64,000 nt of DNA from positions 704,001 through 768,000 of the forward strand of contig OZ241883.1 of the NCBI GenBank assembly GCA_965203445.1, read 5' to 3'. Of the stretch, positions 10,894 through 22,800 are shown piece by piece. How positions within the stretch are numbered: position 1 is the first letter of the stretch; each line of letters starts with the position of its first letter. Under the pieces are notes generated by a model. The model ran no database searches, was not told the origin of the DNA, and saw nothing but the letters and a program-made list of their open reading frames with translations. The DNA is from Candidatus Oxydemutator sp. (GTDB lineage Bacteria; Pseudomonadota; Gammaproteobacteria; Poriferisulfidales; Oxydemutatoraceae). A program made the translations under genes and the position numbers.

Positions 10894-13800
10894 CTACTGA
10901 ATCGAAATCGTCCTGCGCCGATCCTTGTTCTCTATCACGAAATACCGATCGGCGGACAACACCTCGCCGTCAAAGTCCAGATCCGCGTCCACCGTGTAAT
11001 GGGCGGCCGCGGCCGCGGCGCGGTAGCCGACCGCGCCCAACGACGTCAGGTTGTACACGCGTATCAATGCCTCGTCTCGCTCATCAATCACGCCGTTTCG
11101 ATCCAGGTCGCCCGCGACCATCGCATGCAGGCCCGCCCCCATTTCAACCTGCCCGTCGCCGTGCGACTGCCCGACGCGGAAGTCCACGCAGTAGTCCGCC
11201 TCGCAATCGGTGCCCGTGGCCGCGACGACCGGAGCAGACGACATCACCGGCAGATGGTTGCGGTGGTGGATCAGCACGTACAGATCCTCGCCTTCGGGCG
11301 GCTTCAGCTCGAAGCGCACGCCGTCCAATAACGACGCATCCGCCACCGACGCCGCCTCGTTTATCCCCGCGATGCGACCGTCGCTCAGCAGCAGACCCGT
11401 CGCGCGACCGCCCGCCAGCGGCCGCGACGACGCGGCCGCGGCCGCGCTCTGGCCGGTGCGCAACTCCACCAGCACCCAGTCCACTATCGCCGAGGTTACC
11501 CCGGCCAGGCCGGCCGCCGTGCCCACGTGCGGCACCGTCGTCGTAGCCGGGTAGTTCCATGGGGACGCGCCGTACGGCTGGCGCCTCGGCAACAGACCCG
11601 CCAAGTCGCTCCTCATGCGGCGGGTTTCGGCAAGCAACGCCCCCTGCAAAACCACTCGCGCGTCCACCAGTATGCTCCTCGGGTCGCGCACGTTGACGTC
11701 CGCAAACGACGGGGTTCCCAGCTCCGCTACATGGGTGACGCAATTCGGGCAGCCCGTCAACCTCAAACGGAAGCGCTCGCGCTCCTCATTCTCCAACTGG
11801 TCGCTCGCCACGCGCACCGCTATCGTCGCCGTGCCCGTCTCATTCAACGTCACGCTCCCGGCAAACGGCAGCGAACCCACCGAGCGCGCGCTGGCGGCGC
11901 GCCCCTCTACGTTCACGGTAGCCAGGTCCTCGTGCGTCAAACCCTCGGATACGGCGGTAATCTCATATTCCACTACCACCGCCCGATCACCGCCGCCACG
12001 CAGCGTGATCGTGAACGTCGCGGTAGTGCCTTCGCTCACCGTCGCGGACCTCGCCGCCACCGTTATCGGATCATTGATCGCTATCGTCGTACGCGCGACG
12101 GTGCTCGGCACGCCCAAACGTACGTCAGCCGGCGCCCCCGTGAGCCTCGCGCTGCTCAACGTAACCGCCAGCACCTCGGGCGGTTCGATAACGCCGTCGG
12201 CGCGCACCCTCAACACAAACGACGCGCTGGCGGCGCCGGGCGCAATGACCACGCTGCCCGCGGTGGTGCCGACAAAGTCGTCGGCGTCGACTTCGCCGCC
12301 CACCGCCCAGCTCCAACGCGCGCTCGCCCCCGCCGGCAAGGCCCCCGGCAAGCGCACCACGTAACTCGCGGTGCCGCCTTCCGCCACCACCGTGCTCCCG
12401 GTGAGCGTCGGCGCAAAATCTACCTCCGGCTGCGTCTGCTGCTGCGACGTGCGACGCGCCGCCTGCGTGTCGGTAGCGCCGCCGAACACCAGCACCGGGT
12501 AATCGAACACGCTGCCGAAATCCCACGGCGCGTCGTCGTTAAAATCGCCGTCGCGTCCCTGATCCAGGCCGTCCACGTTCAACCTGCTCCAACCGGCGTA
12601 GATGGTGCCCGTCGCCGTCGTCGGGGCGCGCAACTGGTTCGACGTCTTCGAGGTGTTGTCCGGACTCGGCACGTTCGATCCGCAGCAGTCACTTTGGCCG
12701 CTGCGCTCTCGGTCAAAATAACTGGACTCCACCACGGCGCCGACCATCCTGTTCCCTATCAAGCCGCCGGCCGTAGCCCCCGTCGGTTTCCCGACCGAGT
12801 AACTGGCGCTCACCACCGACGCGCCACCGGCTTCGCCCACCAGACCGCCCGCGTTGGCTCCCTCTGCTGTATGCACTTCCACGTCGGCGTAACTTGCTAC
12901 CAGCCTGCCGTAATTACCCCCTATCAAGCCACCCACCGCCCATACGCCGGATATGCGACCGCCACTGACGTAACTCGCCACCACTTTGCCCTCGTTGCGC
13001 CCGACCAGCGCTCCTGTATTAGTACTGTGATCACCCAGGGATATCCACGCGTTGCGCAAGCCCACGTTGCGGACCGTGCCGACGGCGCTCACGGCGCCGA
13101 ACAAGCCCGTATGAGACAACCGCCCACCCCTGGCCACCCGCAGATTGCTGATGACGTGGCCGTTGCCTTCAAAAACAGCGGTGTAATAATTATCCAGAAG
13201 GCTGTCCCCTCCCCCGCCTATCGGCGTCCAACCCGGGCCCGGGGCCGGCTCCACGCTGGACAAATCCAGGTCGGCCGACAACTCGTAGCCGGTGCACGTG
13301 CTCGGACAGGTCTGCTTCTCGTCGAAAACGGGAAACGCCGCGAAATAAGCGAGTCTGTTCGCCTTGCCCACCACGCCCGCTATCCCGGCACCGCCCAGGT
13401 CATAGCGGATTGCCGCCAACTGCGACGTCGTCGCCACGTCTATCAAACCGTCGTTGTCGTCGTCGTAGTCTATCTCGTCGCTCGCCTCGATCGTGGTCCT
13501 GACGGAAACCGGCACGCCTAAACGCGCACGCGCGGGCGCCCCCGTCGGCATCGCGCTGCTCAACGTTACCACCATGACCTCGGACAACTCAGGGATAGTG
13601 TCATCGAACACCTCCACCGAAAACGACGCGCTGCTCGCGCCGGAACCGATGACTACGACGCCGGTCGTACCGACAAAGTCGGCGATGCTAACCTCGTCGC
13701 CGCCCACGACCCAATCCCAACGCACGCTCGCCCCCGTCGGCAAGGCCTCCGGCAAACTCACCACGTAACTCGCCGCCTCGCCTTCCGACACGGTAACGCT

Positions 13801-16800
13801 CCCGGTGAGCGTCGCCGCAAGAATTACCGCCGGCTGCGCCTCCTGCTGCGACGTGCGGCGCATCGCCATAGTCTCGGTAGCGCCGCCGAACACCAGCACC
13901 GGGTAATCAAACACGGTGCCGAAATCCCACGGCGCGTCGTCGTTCAGATCATCACCGCCCGTCTGATCCACGTCGTCCACGTTCAACTGGTCCCAACCCG
14001 CGTAGATCGTGCCCGCCGCGGTGGTGGGCGCGCGCAACTGGTTCGACGTCTGCGGGGTGTTGTCCGGACTCGGCACGCTATTTCCGCAGCATCGGCTCTG
14101 GCCGCTGCGCCCGGTGTCAAAATAACTCGACTCCACCACCGCGGCGATGGCCTTGCTCCCTATCAAGCCGCTGGGTATGCCCCTCGCTATGTTTGAGGGA
14201 TCGATGTACCCCGTCGTCGCCCCGACCGAGTAACTGGCGCTCACCACCGACCCGACGGCGCTTCCGCCTATCAGACCGCCTCCGGTTGGACCTGATTCTA
14301 CATACATTTCCACGTCGGCGTAACTCGCCACCACCACACCGAAATTACCCCCCACCAAACCGCCCACCGTCTCTACGCCGAATACGCGACCGCCAATCAC
14401 GTAACTCGCCGCCACCTTGCCCTCGTTGCGGCCCACCAGCGCACCTACATGATCGCCACCATCGCCACCACCACCCAGTGCAAACGGAGCCAGCTCCACC
14501 CGCGCGTTGTGCAAGCCCACGTTGCGGATCACGCCGCCGGCGCTCACGGCGCCGAACAAACCCATGTAATACGAGTCCCCTTTCCTGGTCATCGTCAGAT
14601 TGCTGATGACGTGGCCGTTGCCTTCAAAAACGGCGCTGTAATAATCCGCATCCCTCAGCCCCGGCCCCCTACGGGGGTTACCGCTGTCCCCGCCCAGCGG
14701 CGTCCAGTTCAAGCCGGACAAGTCCAGATCGCTCGACAACTCGTAGCCGGTGCACGTGCTCGGACAGGTCTGCGGCGCGCCGAAAAGGGGAAACGCCGCA
14801 AAATAAGCGGATTTGTTCGCACTGCTCACGCCCGCTATCCCGGCACCGCCCAGGTCGTAGCGGATCGCCGCCAACTGCGACGTCGTCGCCACCTCTATCA
14901 AACCGTCGTCGTCCTCGTCGTAGTCGGTGCCGTCGTTGAACTCGATCGTGGTCCTGAAGGGAAGCGGCACGCCCAAAGCCACGCCCTGCGGCGCCCCCGC
15001 GAGCCTCGCGTTGCTCAACGCAACCACCATGACCTCGGGCATCTCGATCTCGCCGTCGGCGCGCACCCTCAACACAAACGACGCGCTGGCGGCGCCGGCT
15101 GCGATGACCACGCTGCCTACGGTGGTGCCGACAAAGTCGTCGGCGTCGACTTCGCCGCCGCCCACCGACCAATTCCAACTCGCGCTCACCCCCGCCGGCA
15201 AGGCCCCCGAAAAGCGCACCACGTAACTCGCGATCCCACCTTCCTGCCCCGTCGCACTCCCGGCGAGCGTCGGCGTAAGAATTACCTCCGGCCGCGCCTG
15301 CCGCTGCGACGTGCGACGCACCGCCTCGGTCTCGGTAGCGCCGCCGAACACCAGCACCGGGTAATCAAACACGCCGCCGAAATCCCACGGCGCGTCGTCG
15401 TTGTAGTCGCCGTCGCGTCCCTGATCCACGTCGTCCACGTTCAACTGGTCCCAACCCGCGTAGATGGTGCCCGCCGCCGTGGTCGGAAAAAGCAACTCGG
15501 CCGACAACCTCGGGGTGTGGTCCGGATCCGGCGAATTCCTTCCGCAGCAGCTGCTCAGGCCGCTGCGCTCTTTGTCAAAATAACTGGACTCCACCACGGA
15601 GCCGGTAACCCTGCTCCCTATCAAACCATTGGCCGATACCCCCGTCGGTCTGCCGATGGAGTAACTGGCTGTCACGGCCCCCTCGGATGAGTCTGAACCC
15701 ACGAGGCCGCCCGCGTTCGCCCCACCTGCATGCACTTCCACGTCGGCGTAACTCGCCACCACCTCACCGCCATTGATTCCTATCAAGCCGCCCACCGAGA
15801 TTCCGCCGGATATGCGACCGCCACTGACGTAACTCGCCGCCACTTTGCCGCCGTTGGTTCCCACCAGCGCACCTGCACTCTCGCTATCACGACCCAGGTC
15901 TATCTGCGCGTTGCGCAAGCCCACGTTGCGGACTCTGCCGTCGGCGCCCACCCTGCCGAACAAACCCACGAGAAACCATCGTCCACTCCTCACCACCCGC
16001 AGATTGCTGATGACGTGGCCGTTGCCTTCAAAAACCGCGGTGTAAACATCCCCCGGAAGGTCTTCCAGCCTGACGCCCCCGCCTATCGGCGTCCAGCCCG
16101 CGCCCGGCGCCGGTTCCACGTCGGACAGGTCCAGATCATTCGACAGCTCGTAGCCGGTACACGTGCTGGGACAGGTCTGCCCGTCGCCGAAAAAGGGAAA
16201 CGCCGCCAGATAAGCGGCCCTGTTCGCGTCGCCGCTCACGCCCGCTATCCCGACACCGCCCAGGTCGTAGCGGATCGCCGCCAACTGCGACGTCGTCGCC
16301 ACCTCTATCAAGGTGTCGCCGTCGTCGTCGTAGTCTATCTGGTCGCTCGCCTCGATCGTGGTCCTGACCGCAAGCGGCACGCCCAGACCCACGTGCGCGG
16401 GCACCCCCGTGAGCCTTGCGTTGCTCAACGTTACCACCATGACCTCGGACAACTCGGACACGCCGTCTGCGCGCACTGCCACCGAAAACGACGCGCTGAC
16501 GGCGCCGGACGGGATGACCACGCTGCCGGTCGTGCCGACAAAGTCGGCGGCGTCGGCTTCGCCGCCGCCCACCGACCAATCCCAATGCGCGCTCACCCCC
16601 GGCAGCAAAGGCTGCGGCATGATCATGTCGACACACCCTAAGGTGGTGCAAACTCTGGACGTCGCCACCGGCAAGCCCCCCCCCGCCAAGCTCACCACGT
16701 AACTCGCGGTGCCACCTTCCGACACCGTCTCGCTGCCGGCGAGCGTCGGCACAAGAATTACCCCCTGCGCCTGCTGCTGCGACGTGCGACGCATCGCCAT

Positions 16801-19800
16801 AGTCTCGGTAGCGCCGGCGAACACCAACACCGGGTAATCAAACACGGTGCCGAAATCCCACGGCGCGTCGTCGTTCAAGTCGCCGTCGTCTCCCTGATCC
16901 ACGTCGTCCACGTTCAACTGCTCCCAGCCCTCGTAGATGGTGAATGCGGCCGTGGTCGGGCTGAACAACTCGGCCGACGTCCTCGAGGTGTTGTCCGGAC
17001 TCGGCGGATTCCTTCCGCAGCAACTGCTCTGGCCGCTGCGCTGGCCGTCAAAATAACTCGACTGCAACACGTCGGCGTAATTCAGCAGCAACGGTCGTAT
17101 GTCGTAACCCCCTATCAAGCCGCCGACTCTGCTTCCCCCCGCCGTTTCCCCGATGGAGTAGCTGGCGCTCACCACCGACGCGGCGGCGACTTCGCCTACC
17201 AGACCGCCCACGTTCCTTCCATCTGCCTGCACTTCCACGTCGGCGTAACTCGCCACCAAGCTGCCGTAATGACCCCCGATCAAACCGCCCACCCCAAATA
17301 CGCCGGATATGCGACCGCCACTGACGTAACTCGCCGCCACTTTGCCCTCGTTGCGGCCCACCAGCGCTCCTATATAACTGCTACCACCGTCCTCCAGACT
17401 CACACGCGCGTTACGCAAGCCCACGTTGCGGATGATGCCGTTGGCGTTCACGGCCCCGAACAGACCCATGTGCCACCACCGCCCATCCCTGTCCATCCTC
17501 AAATTGCTGATGACGTGGCCGTTGCCTTCAAAAACCGCGGTGTAATAATAATCCACCGGAGGGGTTTCCTCGCTGACCCAGCATACACGTGTATGCCCCG
17601 TCTGGTCGACAACGTCCCCCGTCTGGGCAATGCAATCGGAATAATCCTGCGGAAAGGCATCATCATTAGGAATCTCATCACTGCCGCCCCCGCCTATCGG
17701 CGTCCAGTCCGGGATGCTCGACAGATCCAGGTCGGCCGACAACTCGTAGCCGGTGCACGACGCCCCCGGACAGGTCTGCGTCTGCTCGAAAAACGGAAAC
17801 GCCGCCAGATAAACGGCCCTGTTCGCGTCGCCGCTCACGCCCGCCAGCCCGGCACCGCCCAGGTCGTGGCGGATCGCCGACAACTGCGACGTCGTCGCCA
17901 CCTCTATCAGGGTGTCGTCGTCGAGGTCGTAGTCTCTGCCGACTCCGTCGCTGGGACTGATCGCGGTGCTGACGGGAAGCGGCACGCCCAAACTCACGCG
18001 CGCGGGCGCCCCCGTGAGTATCGCGTCGCTCAACGCGACCACCATGACCTCGGACAACTCGGTAATGACGTCATCGCGCACCCTCACCGAAAACGACGCG
18101 CTGCTCGCGCCGGATGCGATGACCACGCTGCCGCTGGTCGCGCCGACAAAGTCGTCGGTGCTGACCTGGTTGCCGCCCACCGCCCAATTCCAACTCGCAG
18201 TCACCCCCGCCGGCAAGGCCTCCGGCAAGCTCACCACGTAACTCGCGGTGCCACCTTCCGACACCCCCGCGCTTCCGGCGAACGTCGGCGTAAGACTTAC
18301 CTCCGGCTGCGCCTGCTGCTGCGACGTGCGACGCGCCACCTCCGTGTCGGTAGCACCGCCGAACACCAGCACCGGGTAATCAAACGCGCTGCCGAAATCC
18401 CACGGACTGTCGTCGTTGTAGTCGCGGTCGCCCCCCTGATCCACGTCGTCCACGTTCAACTGGTCCCAACCCTCGTAGATGGTGCCCATCGCCGTGGTCG
18501 GGAGAATCAAGTCGCTCGACGTCTTCGCAACAACGTCGTCCAGACCATGCGCGTTCGTTCCGCAGCAACTGCTCCGGAGGCTGCGCTCTTTGTCAAAATA
18601 ACTCGACTCCACCGCGGCGATGATGGTCACCCCGAACTGTCCGCCACCCGCCGAGGCAACCCGCCGCCCTATCAAGCCGCCGACTCTGCTACCCCCCGTC
18701 GTTTCCCCGACGGAGTAACTGGCGCTTACCACCGACGCGACACTGGCTTCGCCTACCAGACCGCCCACCTGACCTATACTTGCATGCACTTCCACGTCGG
18801 CGTAACTCGCCACCAACCTGCCGTCATTGCCCCCTATCAAGCCGCCCACCCTGAATGAACCGGATATGCGACCGCCACTGACGTAACTCGCCGCCACTTT
18901 GCCCCGGTTGCGCCCCACCAGCGCTCCCACGTAGATGTGTCCTACGGCCACCTGCGCGTTGCGCAAGCCCACGTTGCGGATTCTGCCGTCGGCGCCGACG
19001 ATGCCGAACAAACCCGTGCCATACACCCCGCCGCCGCTCATCCGCAGGTTGCTGATGACGTGGCCGTGACCTTCGAAAACAGCGGTGTAAGCAACCGGCG
19101 TACCCCCCCCGCCTAGCGGCGTCCAGTCCGCTATGCCGGACAGGTCCAGGTCGGCCGACAACTCGTAGCCGGTGCACGCGCGCGGACAGCTCGCCTCGTC
19201 GAAAAAGGGAAACGCCTTCCGATAAGCCCGATACGCGGCCTCGTTGGCACTGCTCACGCCCGCCAGCCCGGCACCGTCCAGGTCGTGGCGGATCGCCGCC
19301 AACTGCGACGTCGTCGCCACCTCTATCAAGGTGTCGCCGTCGACGTCGTAGTCCTTTTCGACTCCGTCGCTGGGATCGATCACGGTCCTCACCGGAGCGG
19401 GCACGCCTAAGCGCACGCCACGCGCGGGCACCCCCGCGACCGCGAGCCTCGCGTTGCTCAACGCAACCACCATGGTCTCGAACGACTCGGCATCGGTGTC
19501 GTCGCGCACTTCCAACGAAAACGACGCGCTGACGGCGCCGGATGCGATGACGACGTCGCCGGTGGTCGCGCCGACAAAGTCGTCGGTGCCGACTTCGCCA
19601 CCCACCGACCAATTCCAAGTCGCGCTCACCCCCGCCGGCAAGGCCTCCGGCAAACTCACCTGGTAACTCGCCGTCTCGCCTTCCGACACCGTCGGGGACC
19701 CCGTGAGCGTCGGCGCAAGAATTACTTCCGGCTGCGCCTCCTGCTGCAACGTGCGACGCGCCGACTCCGTGTCGGTAGCACCGCCGAACACCAGCACCGG

Positions 19801-22800
19801 GTAATCAAACGCGGTGCCGAAATCCCACGGACCGTCGTCGTTGAAATCGCCGTCGCCTCCCTGATCGACGCGGTCCACGTTCAACTTGTCCCAACCCTCG
19901 TAGAGGGTGCCCACCGCGGTGGTCGGGGTGCGTAACTGGTGTGACGCCCTCGATCCGCAGCAGCCACCCTGGCGACTGCGCTCCCGGTCAAAATAACTGG
20001 ACTCCACCACGGCGCCGGCCACCCGGTTCCCTATCAAACCGCCAATCGGGTAAATCCCCGTCACTCTCCCGACCGAGTAGCTGGCGCTCACCACCGACGC
20101 GCCACCGGCTTCGCCTATCAGACCGCCCACGTTAGCTCCATCTGCATGCACTTCCACGTCGGCGTAACTCGCCACCAGCCTGCCGGCGTAATGACCCCCT
20201 ATCAAACCGCCCACCCCCGCATTGCCGGATACGCGACCGCCAATGACGTAACTCGCCAACACTTCGCCCTCGTTGTCTCCCACCAGCGCACCTATAAACA
20301 AGCTATCACCACCCATTTCCACCCGCGCGTTGTGCAAGCCCACGTTGCGGATCACGCCGCCGGCGCCCACCCTGCCGAACAAACCTATCTGCCACTCCCC
20401 GTCCCTGGCCACCCGCAAATTGCGGATGACGTGGCCGTTGCCTTCAAAAACGGCGGTGTAAGCATCCCCCGGCACGGCACGCGGAACCCCCCCGCCCAGC
20501 GGCGTCCAGCCTGGGCCCGGGGCCGGGTTCACGCTGGACAGATCCAGGTCGGCCGACAACTCGTAGCCGGCGCACGTGCCCGGACAGGTCTCCATCTCGT
20601 CGTAATGGGGAAACGCCGCCCGATAAGCCCGATAAGCGGCCTCGTTGGCACTGCTCACGCCCGCCAACCCGGCGCCGCCCAGGTCGTAGCGGATCGCCGC
20701 CAACTGCGACGTCGTCGCCACCTCTATCAAGTTGTCGTCGTCGGCGTCGTAGTCCATCTGGTCGCTCGCCTCGATGGTGGTCCTTACGGAAACCGGCACG
20801 CCTACACTCACGCGCGCGGGCGCCCCTGCGAGCCTCGCGCCCGTCAACGTTACCACCAGCACCTCGGACAACTCGGCCACGTCGTCATCGAACACCCGCA
20901 CCGAAAACGACGCGCTGCTCGCGCCGGATGCGATGACTACGACGCCGGTCGTGCCGACAAAGTCGGCGACGCCGACTTCGCCGCCGCCCACCGTCCAATC
21001 CCAACGCGCGCTCACCCCCGCCGGCATGACCACCGGCAAACTCACCACGTAACTCGCGGCCTCACCTTCCGACACCGTCGCGCTGCCGGCGAGCGTCGGT
21101 GCAAGACTCACTTCCGGCTGCGCTTCCTGCTGCGACGTGCGACGCATCGCCACAGTCTCGGTAGCGCCGCCGAACACCAGCACCGGGTAATCCAGCGAGG
21201 TGCCGAAATCCCACGGACCGTCGTCGTTGTAGTCGCCGTCGCCTCTCTGATCGACGCCATCCACGTTCAACTTATCCCAACCCTCGTAGAGGGTGCCGGC
21301 CGCGGTAGTGGGACCGAACAAGTCGCTTGACGTCTTCGGGGCGTTGTCCGGACTCGGCGGATTCGTTCCGCAGCAACTGCTCTGACCGCTAAGCTCGCCG
21401 TCAAAATAACTTGACTCTATCGCGGCGGTGGCGGCCCTGGCCCCGATCAAGCCACCGATCTTAATCCCGGTCTTTTCCCCGATGGAGTAACTGGCGCTCA
21501 CCACCGACCCGGCATTGCCCGCGCCTATCAGGCCGCCTCCCGTATTTATACCTGCAATCACTTCCACGTCGGCGTAACTCGCCACCACCTGACCGGAATT
21601 ACTTCCCACCAGGCCGCCCACCGCCTGGTCGCCGGATACACTACCGCCACTGACGTAACTCGCCGCCACCTTGCCCTCGTTGCGTCCCACCAGCGCGCCT
21701 ATATAAAGGCTATTATTACCCACGCTCACCCGCGCGTTGCGCAAACCCACGTTGCGGATCACGCCGACGTCGCTGACGACGCCGAACAAACCCATGCTGT
21801 ACAACCGGCGATCATTCCTGGTTATCGTCAGATTGCTGATAACGTGGCCGTTGCCTTCAAAAACGGCGCTGTATGGATTCCTCAAACGCTCCCCGAGCGT
21901 GGTGGCCGCTCCGCCTATCGGCGTCCAATTCAAGCCGGACAGATTCAGGCCGGCCGACAACTCGTAGCCGGTGCACGTGCTGGGACAGGTCTGTATCTCA
22001 CCGAAAAGGGGAAATGCCGCCAGATAAGCCCGATAAGCGGCCTCGTTGGCACTGCTCACGCCCGCCAGCCCGGCACCGCCCAGGTCGTGGCGGATCGCCG
22101 CCAACTGCGACGTCGTCGCCACCTCTATCAAGGTGTCGTCGTCGACGTCGTAGTCCATGCGATCACGCACCTCGACCGTCATCGTGTCCACGCCCGTCGC
22201 GCCGCGCGCGTCCGCAACCGTCAACTCGAACCCCAGCGTCTCCACCACCTGCGGCGCCAGGAACGTCGCCGTCTCCGAGGTGGCGCCCGTCACCACGACG
22301 ACCGTGCCGCTGGTCTGACGCCACCGATACGTTACATCCTCGCCCTCCGGATCAACCGCGCCGCCGCGCAGCGTAACCACGCCGCCCTTGCCCGCAATCA
22401 AGTCGGAACCCGCGTCCGCCATCGGCGCGTCGTTCGCGCCCGCGCGCACCGTGATCACCACCGTGTTCGTCGTCTGACCACTCAGCTGCCGTTCCACGGG
22501 CGACGACAAACCCCGCACGTCGGTTACCACCAGCGCGAACTCAAGCGTCTCGTCGTTCACCAACTGCGTCGGTGCCAGGAACGTCGTGCTGCGCGCCGCG
22601 GCGTCGCGCAGCGCCACCGTGGCGCCGCCGGTCTGACGCCAGCCGTACCTCAGCAGCTCGTTCCGCGGACTGCTCGCGGCGCCGTCCAAAGTCACCACGG
22701 CGCCCTCGGACACGTCCTGATCGGGCCCGGCGTGCGCCGTCGGCGCGACCGCTTCCTCGGCGGACAACGTGTAGGTGCCCGTCGCGCCGGCCGCGGGCGC

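Noticed and set aside
21230-21260. RGD tripeptide (DQRGDGD) as an integrin ligand
   Set aside because: Not conserved across modules and expected by chance in Gly/Asp-rich linkers.
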